From positions 242,546,001 to 242,610,000 of the forward strand of contig NC_086097.1 in the NCBI RefSeq assembly GCF_963921235.1: a stretch of 64,000 nt of DNA, in the 5' to 3' direction. Of this stretch, positions 51,495 to 62,282 are shown one piece after another. The notes beneath the pieces were generated by a model that did no database searches, was not told where the DNA came from, and was given only the letters and a program-made list of their open reading frames with translations. Source of the stretch: Mobula hypostoma (lineage: Eukaryota). The first letter of the stretch is position 1; every line of letters starts with the position of its first letter. The position numbers and the translations under genes are program-made.

Positions 51495-51752
51495 TTTTTT
51501 AGCATGTTGTACCAGGCAGTCAGCCATTCTTGTCTGGTGTGTGGTGTCGGGATTGGTCTCCTTTTGGATTAACCGGGTCACAATGTTCCCGACTCAACCC
51601 TTCTTTTTTTTTAAATGAGGCCGAGTGGCTAGCTCGACGCTCAACCCGGCACGAATGGGAAGTGTGCTCGGGGGTGGCCCGACTTGGATTCGAACTCGGG
51701 AGCCTTCGCTCTGGAGTCTGGCGCTGATGCCATTGCGCCACCAGCCGCCACT
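51495..51752 (-). mobile_element. tRNA(Trp/Arg-like)-derived SINE
   Basis: tggcgcaatgg...gactccaga...gttcgaatcc head; body shared with 21173-21392; ends in an A-tract. Confidence 0.82.
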
Positions 51753-51911
51753 CAGCTTCAAGTGACGCAAGTGCAGTGGAATAACTGTTTTCCTAACATA
51801 GCAGGAACGGTCAACATCATTAATGGAGGCCCCTGCTTTCAGCAATACAAATACACATACCAAAGGGATTGGTAATGCCTTTCCACAGACTCAAAGCAAT
51901 ACATCATATGA

Positions 51912-53035
51912 AAACAAACATAAAAGATTCTGCAAATGCCAGAAATTCAGAGCCACACAGACAAAATGCTAGAGGAACTCAGCAGATCAGGCAACATTTA
52001 TGGAAATGAATAAAGAGTCCACATTTTGGGCTGAGACCCTTCTTCAGGACTGGAAAGGAAGGGGCAAGATGCTAGAATAAAAAGATGGATGGAGGAGGAG
52101 GACTAGCTAGAAAGTGAAGCCAGGTAGGTGGGAAAGGCGAAGGGCTGGAGAAAAAGGACTCTGATAGGACAGAACAATGGATCATGGGAGAAGAGGAGGA
52201 AGGGGCACCAGGGGACAGTGATAGGCAGGTGTATAGAGGTACAAGACCAGAGTGGGGAATAGAAGAGGAGGGGAAAAGAAAAAAAAGAAAAAAAATTACT
52301 GGAAGAAGAAATCGATGTTCACCCCATCGGGTTGGGGGCTACCCAGATAGAAAATGGGGGTTTTGCTCCTCCAACTGAGAGTGGCCTCATCTTGTCAGAA
52401 GAGGAGACCATGGGAAAGGAGACAGGGATTAAAACGATTGGCCACCAGGAAATTCTGCTTTTGGCGGACAGAACAGAAGAGCTCGATGAAGCGGAAGGCG
52501 GCATTGGGAGCTCTGGATACAATTGATGGTTCCAACAGATTCACAGAGGACTGCTTGGGGCTCTGAATGGAGATGAGGGAGGAGGTTAATAGACAGGTTT
52601 AGCATTTCTGTCGCTTGCAGAGATGGGGGGGTGGGGGAGGGTGTTTGGTGGTTGAATCTTTTTGAAGATGGCAGATATTATGGAGAATGAAGTGTTGTAT
52701 AGAGGCTCATTGGGCTGTAGATAAGGACAAGTGGGACTCTATCCCTGTTAAGATGGGGGGGATGGGGTGAGTGTGGATGTATGTGAAATGTGAATGAGGG
52801 CAGCATCAATGGTGGAGGAAGGGAAACCCTGTTCTTTGAAGGAGGACATCTCGGATGTCCTGAAAAGGAAAGCCTCATCCTGGGAACAGATGTGGCAGAA
52901 ACGAAGGAACTGAATAAAGTGAATAGCATTTTTTTTTCCAGGAGACAGGGTGGGAAGAGGTGGCAGGATAGCCTTGGGAATCAGTAGGTTTATAAAAGAT
53001 GTCAGTAGATAGAAAAAGAGGAGAGAGAGGTGTCA
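51912..53035 (-). mobile_element. Penelope-like element fragment
   Basis: Homologous to 23497-24330; RDRVPLVLIYSP peptide; hammerhead-like motif at 52015-52052. Confidence 0.78.
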
Positions 53036-54046
53036 TTCTCTTCTCTGAATTTGCAAACTAAATTCATGCAACTTCTAAATAAAGATTTAGTTTTACTATA
53101 AATATCGGGAGAAGCAAACGCAATAGGCCAGATGGCTTGTTTCATATGATAACATCCTATTTAAACCTGTCTTTAAAAAATTCTAATTTGATAGGTAAAA
53201 ATTACAATAAGCAATATTTAAGATTAAATATTAAAACATTAATAAGTCATCTTTCTCCATCAGTCTATAGAAGCTACCTGAAAAACCTTAGCTTGCCATA
53301 TTCTGTAATTTTATCTGTATTCATCCAAGCACCTGATATTATTTGCTGAATTAATTCCAAGGTGCACTTGACAACATCATAACTCAAGAGTGGTATCTAT
53401 TCCTGACTTTATAACTACGAGATTTCTGTTACTATTTGCACCTCTTTATTCTTAATCTATCTCCTTACAACAACACTGCCCTGTTTCTATCTACCATACA
53501 TCTTAATTAAAATGCTCGTTAAATAATCTATACCAGTTTCAAAATCTGAAGAGCCTTCTCCATATTTATCGATACTAGACAGAATCCTTGTCCAATATAT
53601 TTTCTCCATCATCACACCTCCAATACAGAGTGCAGGACAAAATTGCAAGCAATACACTTGTTAAGTCTTATTGGAGATAACAGAATGCTCTATAACTTTT
53701 TTATGCCATAGACCCTTACCATTAACTGAACCCCAGGTTGGGAACCTCTGATCAACAGCAACCAATTACAGGTAATGGAAATAAATTTTAAAAAAGCACA
53801 AATTCAGGAACCCTAAAATAAAAGTCAGGAAATACTAGTAGGTTGTACATGTGGGAAGAGAAAAGGAGTTAACATTTCAAGTAATTTTCTGTATTTATTA
53901 TTTGAAATAAAAACCAGATGTTTTTCTACCAAAAATTTACAATTTCCGTCTTGCGGTCCATCCTCACAGACTGAATTTTTTCAAAATAGCTTAAGTTTTT
54001 TTTAAAAAAAGATGGGGTTACAACACCCCCTTTCCCCCCAACATAC

Positions 54047-54154
54047 CTGCAGTAGCAACCTCTCATCTCCAATGACAATAGCTTGGTTCCAGTCGATGAC
54101 TTCTGAAAATGGCAATTCCCAGCCATTACTTAACATAACTGGAATACATGCAGC
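54047..54154 (-). CDS. EXT1: Exostosin-1 exon 3 (108 nt)
   Basis: [36 protein letters not shown]; cag acceptor, gtatgt donor. Confidence 0.97.
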
Positions 54155-55368
54155 CTGTAAAGGAAATATGGAAACTAACTAAAAATGTACAAAAGCATTT
54201 TAAAAATAAATATTGTGAAAAGATATGAAATCAAAAATATCCTTTATTAATCGTGAAACAATCTAGAACTGTAGTTTTTTTTTTAAATAGAAGATTTTCA
54301 CACTTGTCATTTCTCTTCCAGTTTGGAACTTAAGTTCCCTTTTCCACATTTCCCAGAAGATAGATTTATATTCAGTGATTGGAAAAAAAAATCACAACAT
54401 GACGTATCTCAAAATTCTCAGGCTCTAAGCACCACCGGCATTTATAGCCCATCGTTAGGTTTGCCGGGTTAAAAAGTTAAACAATTCATAAACAGGGCAT
54501 TCTACACTCTGAGAAGGATCAACGATCAAGCATCCATTTACTAATCTCATTTAATTCTCCTGACATTCCCATGAACTCTCCTCAAATGGAGCAACTCAAG
54601 TCCCTTAAACTCCAGTTGCTGAGGCTCTTGTTCGGCACATTGCATAACAGGTAAGTGTTAATAAAGTTGCAATGGGAGTTCAGCTCCACGTGCCCAGATT
54701 TCTGGATGGTTAATGTAGCCACTGAACAATATAGAAACAAGCACATCACTGTGATACCCTGACAGCTAATTACTTTATCCAGCTAGCAATAACCTGAGAA
54801 ACAATTTCTTCTAAGTCTTTGTCACTAAATTTGTTCCACTATACTTTTATCAGTTTCTCCATCCATTTATACAATCTAAATTTGTTAGGACCTACTAAGT
54901 TCTCAAACACCAATCCCAAGCAAGAACGTCTGCCTTTTACATGCATCAATGATTCTTCATTTTAAGTCCTACATCTTCCGTGTACAAGAATTAAAAATTG
55001 TTCCGTCCTTTCAGAACTTTACACACTTCCAAAAGGGAAAATACACAATGATTCCACATCTTTATGTGTATATACTAGTCCCAGCAAATAACCCCCACCT
55101 TTTTATTCTGGCATCTTCCCTCCCTTCCTTTCCAGTCCTGAAGAAGGGTCTTGGCCCAAAAAGTCAATTCTTTATTCATTTCCATAGATGCTGCCTGACC
55201 TGCTGAGTTCCTCCAGCATTTTGTGTTGTAACCCTGTTATGAACCTTTAACTGCACCTCAGACCAACTTATTCTTTGTGGAGCCTGCAGTGTATTTTTAT
55301 TCATGCTACGGACTGTCTTTGGTATGATTTCAATTATTCTTTGTGGAGCCTGCAGTGTATTTTTATTG

Positions 55369-55456
55369 AGCAGGTCAGGCAGCATCCGTGGAAACGATCA
55401 GTCAACGTTTCAGGCCGGAACCCTTCGTCGTTTCCACGGATGCTGCCTGACCTGCT
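55369..55456. repeat. Perfect 29-bp inverted repeat with a 30-nt spacer, Penelope-derived
   Basis: agcaggtcaggcagcatccgtggaaacga (55369-55397) and its exact reverse complement (55428-55456). Confidence 0.9.
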
Positions 55457-55899
55457 GAGTTCCTCCAGCATGTTGCTTTGACCCCAGCATCTGCCGAATA
55501 TTTTGAGTATCTTTATTCATGCTATGGACTGTCTTTGGCATGATTTCATGTCAATTATCTGGGTTCTCTGGTCTCCTCCCACAGTCCATGGGCATACTGG
55601 CTGGGTTAAAGGGTCATTGTAAATTGTCCCGTGGTTAAGATAGGGTTAAATTGAGGTTGTTGGGGTTTCTGGGGTGGTATGGCTTGAAGACGTGGAAAGG
55701 CCTACTCCACGCTATATCATTAAATAAATCTTACATCATAAAGGGTTTAATGGATAGGCTGCTGAGAACCAAGTGCACAATTCAAATACAAACGTTTGTA
55801 TTTCTACATTATAAAACTAAATTGTTGTTTATAATGTACACAGATACGCTACAAACTTTTAATTTTATTTTTAAGAAGCACAGCAGCAGTATCATTTAC

Positions 55900-55993
55900 C
55901 TGCAAAGCCTCCAGGAATCGGAAAGATCCCAGTCTACGACCTCTTGGAACCAAACAGAAGGTGGAATTGTGCAATATCTCACGATAATCATAC
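55900..55993 (-). CDS. EXT1: Exostosin-1 exon 2 (94 nt, GT47/GT-B domain)
   Basis: Translates to [31 protein letters not shown]; tag acceptor and gtaaat donor; length equals human EXT1 exon 2 as recalled. Confidence 0.97.
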
Positions 55994-56103
55994 CTAGGAA
56001 AGAATAATTTAAAATTTTGTAAAACTTATCCAGATGGCTTCAAATCAAAGTAGTTTTAACATTTCTAAAATTCTTACTGAACGTTTCATACCAGCCTTTA
56101 CTG

Positions 56104-57210
56104 CCCATTACAGGTAAGTTACTATCAAGGTTAGAGCATTGGCTGATTGGTAGGAGCAGCGTGTGGGAATAAAAGGATCTTTTGCTGGTTGGCTGCCAGT
56201 GACTAGTGGTGTTCTGCAGGAGCTGGTGTTGGCTTCTTTTTATACTGTTTATAAATGATAAATGATTTAAATGGTGCAATAGATGGCTTCCTTGCCAGGT
56301 TTGCAGGTGGTACAAAGTTTTGTGGAGGGGCTGGTAGCATTGAGGAAACAGGTATGCTGCAGGGCTTAGATTAGGAGAATGGGCAAGAAAGTGGCAAATG
56401 AAATACAATGTTGGAAAATGCATGGATATGCACTTTGGTAAGAGAAATAAATGTGCAGACTATTTTCTAAACAGGGAGAAAATCTAAAAATCTGAGACAC
56501 AAAGGGACTTGGGAGTCCTTGTGTAGAACAACCTAAAGATTAACTTGCAGGTACAGTCAGTGGTGGGGAAGGTAAATATAACATCAGCACTCATGTCAAG
56601 AGGTCTAGGATACAAGAGAAGGGATGTGATGCTGAGGTTCTATAAGGCACTGGTGAGGCCTCACCTTGAGTATTGTGAACAGTTTTGGGTTCCTCATCTA
56701 AAAGACGTGCTGGCATTGGAGAGTGTTCAGAGGAAGTTCACAAGGATGATTCCGAAAATGAGTGGGTTATCATACGAGGAACGTTTGATAGCTCTGGGTC
56801 TGTACTCACTGGAATCTAGAAGGATGAGGGAGGATCTCATTGAAACATTTTGAATGGTGAAAGGCCTAGACAGAGTAGATGTGGAAAGGATGTTTCCCGT
56901 GGTGGGGGAGTCTAGGACAAGATGGTAAAGCCTCAGGATAGAGGGGCATTCATTTAAAACAGTGATGTAGCAAAATTTCTTTAGCCAGAGGGTGGTGAAT
57001 TTGTGGAATTTATTACCACAGGCAGCTGTGGAGACCTGGTCATTAGATGTATTTTGGGCAGAGCTTGATAGGCTCTTGTTTGGACACGGCATCAAAGGTT
57101 ATAGGGAATGGGGCTGATGAGGGGAAAAAAGGACCAGCCATGATTGAAAGGTGGAGCAGGCTCGATGGGCCAAATTGCCTAATTCTGCTCCTATGTCTCA
57201 TGGTCTTATT
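56104..57210 (+). mobile_element. Decayed CR1 RT and 3' UTR fragment
   Basis: FYKALVRPHLEYCEQFWVP; ctatgtctcatggtctta tail. Confidence 0.88.
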
Positions 57211-57390
57211 CCTAGCTCCCCAAATAACTTGATAGGCAAGTAGTTAAGTGTCAATTATTTTCATCCAAAAATGACTGATTATCTGCAAACAAGGCAAGTA
57301 TGATATTTTCTCCCTTAGAAGAACATTATCAAGCCAGAATTGGTGTCTTTTCCATATTTTGTTTAAAATCAAGGATGAGCTGATAGGAAT

Positions 57391-57914
57391 ACAGTGGACA
57401 TATCAGGACCAGGACATTTTGGCCCAATTAAGCGGCTGCCTCAATGGTAATAGTTAAAAAGGTATAAGTAAAAGATAAACTACTATTTAACTGAGTCACA
57501 GGTTATGTTTGTAAATGACTACATCCTCCAAATTTTCAATTTCATATTCAAGACGATTGTTGACACCTTCAAATTCTTTGTAGTTCCTAACTTGTTGAAG
57601 TAGTGAAATCATTTCATTTTCACTCTTGACAATTCTGACATCTCCAAACCTGAATACTTGAAACCACAATGAGCAAAACAGTTCTGAATTGTTTTCCTGC
57701 TTATTTCTTGCCAACTATCAGTGACAAAAATCACTTTTTTTGAACCCACAAACAGACTCTATTTAAAACTGTTCACTTGAAGCATGGTGCAGTGTCAAAC
57801 AGCCATGCAAGTGGATGTGACTGACGCTAGTTAGAAACTGTTTGGTAACAGTCTCCTGTCCCAAATAAGCAGCTGCCTCAATTAATCAAGGGCCCAACTA
57901 ACCGGAACCCGTTG
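57391..57914 (-). mobile_element. Tigger/pogo-like non-autonomous element
   Basis: TA-cagtgga ... cccaactaaccggaacccgttg-TA ends; homologous to 44100-45073. Confidence 0.65.
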
Positions 57915-59609
57915 TATTCAGAGATATCTTTAAACTTTCCCTAATCCAAAGAGGTTCCAACCTGCTTGTAATAGACACTAGCATCCTGGTGCCAAAGAAA
58001 ATTAAGGCAGTGTGCTTTAATGACTAACCCCTGTTGGTCAAGACATGCATCATGGTTGGTCATGGCATACATCGTGGCCAGCCCCTCTGAGACAACCTTG
58101 ACCTACGCTTACCACGGACCAAGCCTGCACCATCTCCCCAGCCCTACACTGATCTTTGGAGTATCTAAACTCATTTCTAACCTAAGTCTACAACTATGAA
58201 CCCCTTTGCAATTGGATCCAGTACTTTCAAACAAGAGACTGCAATTAGTAAGGATAGGCAACAAGAACGTCTTCTCCATTAGTGCTGAGGTGGAGTTGAA
58301 AGCTTCAAGTTCCTAGGTATAAATTAAAAAGTTTGTTCTGAATCAACCACGTGGACACAATGGCCAAGAAAGTACACCAAAACCTCAGTCCTGCTGAAGA
58401 GTCTTGGCTTGAAGCATCGACTGTACTTTTTTCCATAGATGTTGCCTGGCCTGCTGAGTTCCTCCAGCATTTTGTGTGCGCTGCATGGAATTGCAGAATT
58501 GTGTGAATACAACCTAGACCATCTTGTAAACCAACTTTCCCTCCAAAGACTCTGCACTACCTCCAAGTAGTCAATATAATCAAGGACCCCTCCCATGCTA
58601 GTCACATTCTCCACTCCCCTCTCCCATCAAGCAGAAGTTCAAATATCCTGACAGACCACCAGTCTCAAGGACAGTTATTAGACTCTTCAATGGAGCATTC
58701 CTATGCTAAAAGATGAACCCTTGATCAATCAAGTAAGGACTCCACTGTGGCCTTTGCATTAATATTTGTTTACCAACATTGCACCTTATTCACAACAGTA
58801 ATGCTATTTTCTGCATTGTTTCTTCTTTTTACTACTTGATGTACTCATGTAGGAATGGTATCTCTAGATGGCATGCAAAAAAAGCATTTCACTGCATCTC
58901 AGTACGTGATAATAATAAATCAATAATGTGAATTACAAAAGTTGCTATTTGAAATTAATTTTCTTAAATTACTTCAGGCTCAGATCACATATCATCAGAA
59001 CAGATAGTGATCTTTAACATTAGCTCCTTGAATTGAGTAATACTGTGATTTCCAAAATTCAGTCAGCAAGCCTACACAATGAATAGCCAAACAGTATGAA
59101 ACAAGGTGCCAGCTCAATTTTCTATCTGTGCTAAATTAGCATATCACTACAGGGGTGGTAGAGATGTGATACGTCTGTCATAGAAGAAAAAGTCACGGTG
59201 GACAGCACATGACATTCATGCATTAGTTACATCAAGGGATGGACAGGCAAAAGTTTTGAAAAGTTTATTACAACTTCTCAGATTAAACACCATGATCACC
59301 CATGACATAGGACACGGCACATAATGATGATGATGACGACGACAACTGATGTCAACCGTGGGTTGGTCTAAATAAATGATAAAAATTCAGTAAATTTCTG
59401 AGTTTTTCACACAGAGGTGATTGGGGCAATAATATTCTGGAAAAAAAAGCAAACACTTTAAAGACTCCCTTAACTTGTGTCTTTGACTCATATGCCTAGT
59501 CGGCTCAGTCTTGTTATTCCTGACCTAGAAAAACTTCCGTATCTCAGATACAAAAATTGCTTTGGGAGTAGATATCCTGCTTCTACCAACATCAGCAAAT
59601 TTATAAAAT

Positions 59610-60270
59610 AGTTCAAAGTGAACTTATTATCAAAGTACATACGTCACCATATGACAACCATGAGATTCACTTTCTTGGGACATACTCAATAAATCTATAG
59701 AATAATAATGAATAAAGAAAGAAATAATAAATAAGTAATATTAAAAACATGAGACGAAGAGTCCATTGGTTGTGAGAACTTTTCAATGATTCAGCAATTA
59801 AAGCTGAGTGAAGTTACCTCCTTTGGTTCGAGAGCCTGATGGATGAGGGGTAATAACTTCCTGAACCTAATAGCATGTGTCCAGAGGCTCTCGTACCCTC
59901 TTCTTAATGGCAGCAGTGAGAAGACAGCATGTGCTAGGTGGTGGGGGGTCTTTGATAATGATGTTGCTTTACTGCACCATCATGTAGATGTGCTCATATG
60001 GCTGGTAGGGCTTTACCTGTGATGGACTGGAGTATATCCAGTACTTTTGTAGAATTTTCCATTCAAGGGCATTGGTGTAGAGTGTAGGTTATGTGTGTAG
60101 AGTGAAAAGAGCAGAGGACTGAGCATGTATCCTTCAAGTGCACCTGTGTTGAATGTCAGTGAGGAGATATTATTACCCACACTGACTGTGGTCTCCTATA
60201 AGGAAATTAAGGATCCAGTTGCAGAGGGAGGTACAGAGACCAAGTTTTGAAGCCTGATTAATAGTGAGGG
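59610..60270 (-). mobile_element. Old Rex1/L2-like LINE fragments
   Basis: KLGLCTSLCNWILNFL peptide and tail motifs shared with 5230-5640, 18490-18870 and 48600-48795. Confidence 0.55.
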
Positions 60271-61411
60271 GATAATGGTCGTGGTGGTGGTGGCCTCCTG
60301 TTAAATAATAGCAGTGGGTCACATTGTCATCACTGATAAAACAGCTAAATGATAGAAAACATCCCATAGGAATGCACTGCAATTATAGGAGTCAATGAGC
60401 AAAGGGACAATGGTTTTACAGAAACCATTTTCTGTAAAACATGATTTTCTAGGAACATTTTTTATATAACAGATGCAGTACAGCAATTTTTTTTAAACAG
60501 TTGTACAATGAAACACTTGTTATGAAGCATTAGTTATTGCATAATACAAATTAAGTCTAATGTCACACTACCTGATAGACCACCTGCATAGATGCAAATT
60601 AAGCTTAATGATGCTGCAGGAGTAATTTTTTGCATGGTGGTATCAAGGTTCTGTTTTCCTTCACAGCATGCTCCTCAGTAAATGGAATGCTTTAGGATCT
60701 GGTTTGAAAGTTCAGAGATTCTGGCATTCATGGGCTAATTGCGTTCTATGAAGTGATTAAAACAAACTTGCCTGTTAATTTTGGACAGAGGGGCATGCCA
60801 TTGCAGATTACCAACTTCATTTGCAACACAGGCTGGCCTCACTATAACTTTTGTCAGCAAAACGGAATGCAGAGAATGAACAGAGCCAATACTTGGGAAT
60901 GGGGGAGGGTAGAAGGTGGCTGGAGAAGAGGGAAATCTGCTTGGAACTTTAATGGCATTACAGACCTGGACAACACTCCTGATTGTTAAGAGGATTATTC
61001 TGACCTGTGACTGAGTACTTTAAAAAAAATTGATTTCCAAGGTGAAAGCCACCAAATCTTGAATTATCTAATTTATTTTCAGCAGCCTAAGTTTAAACTC
61101 TGCTTGTACTGACATCTTCTAAATCAAACAATAATCAAATGGTTAGAATTTTTCAAGAACAGGCTAATTGCAAGTGTTCAATTTGTCAACATTACCTGAA
61201 AAAATTAATGCAGAAGGTTTACATGAGATTGCGTTGGCTGAATCCATTTGCTACTACTTTTGATCAAAATTGTTTAGAGTCATAGAAAAGTACACCACGG
61301 TAACAAGCCCCTCAGCCCATCTAGTCCATGCTGAAACCATTTAAACTGCCTTCTTCCATTGACCTGTAGTGGGACTATAGCCCTCCATACCCCTACCATT
61401 CATGTGCCCAT

Positions 61412-62282
61412 TGTCACGTAATCGGCAACAATGAATTATCAATTGAGGCAGGTTTCATAAACAAACATTTATTAAACTCTGCTCAACAAACAGAGAAAAA
61501 TATTCAAACGACTAAGATAACCGGAAGTTAACTGCTATATGGCAACTCTGGAACAGTTCTTAAAAGGGTAAATGCGAAAACAGTTCTTAAAGTGGTAAAT
61601 TTGAACTCAGTCTTAAAATGGTAAGTCAAGCATTTGAAAGTCCAAATGATTTACGCAGTCAATAAGGAGAGATTTCTCTGGAAATGGATTTCTTCAAAGA
61701 CGTGACGTTACTGCTGATTCTCCAAAGGATTCACGACGAAGGAAAGAATATGGCTTAAAGGAACTGACCTTTTCCTGGCGAGTGAACACTGCACAACTTC
61801 CCCACTCTTGCAGGAGTTATCTCAGATACAGGTCACTATATTATGAATGAATCCTCAAGGTCGATCCTTTATAAAGCCGCCGAATGACTCCAACCTTATT
61901 CCGATCCTTCAGGTTCCCGTTCTTTAATAAATTCTTTACTCTCCAATACTACTGAAAAGGGGAAATTATAGATGCAACACAAACCTGGCAGCAATTAGCG
62001 AAACTGCCAGCACCAATCTTTGCACCTTAAAATAGAAAGGAAAACTCCGTTTTAAAACGAAGCTGCGTCATGACAAATACGCAGCATAACGGAGTAACTG
62101 ACGTACTAACACAAAACTAAACTGAAAACTAACTGCGTCACACCAGGGGTCTCCTTTATACCTGTTGAGAACAGGTCATCATGTGACCTCACACTGGCAG
62201 GAAAATTACATCATGTGACCTCCGCAAGACCATTACATCATGCTCATAAGACAGTCACAAAATACCCACAGGGTATGAAACA
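61412..62282 (-). mobile_element. Solo LTR (871 bp) inserted in a CR1 3' end (61275-62500)
   Basis: TG...CA termini (tgtcacgta / tatgaaaca); 4-bp flanks ccat/ctat; minus-strand TATAAA at 62155-62160 and AATAAA at 61468-61473; the host CR1 rejoins across it. Confidence 0.8.

Noticed and set aside
51660..51752. tRNA-Trp gene
   Set aside because: The anticodon arm does not pair properly and the sequence continues into a SINE body shared with 21173.
59324..59344. (GAT)n(GAC)n run as an acidic coding exon
   Set aside because: Short microsatellite with no splice context or ORF support.
61552..61628. CRISPR-like short repeats
   Set aside because: Degenerate tandem units without unique spacers, inside an LTR in vertebrate DNA.
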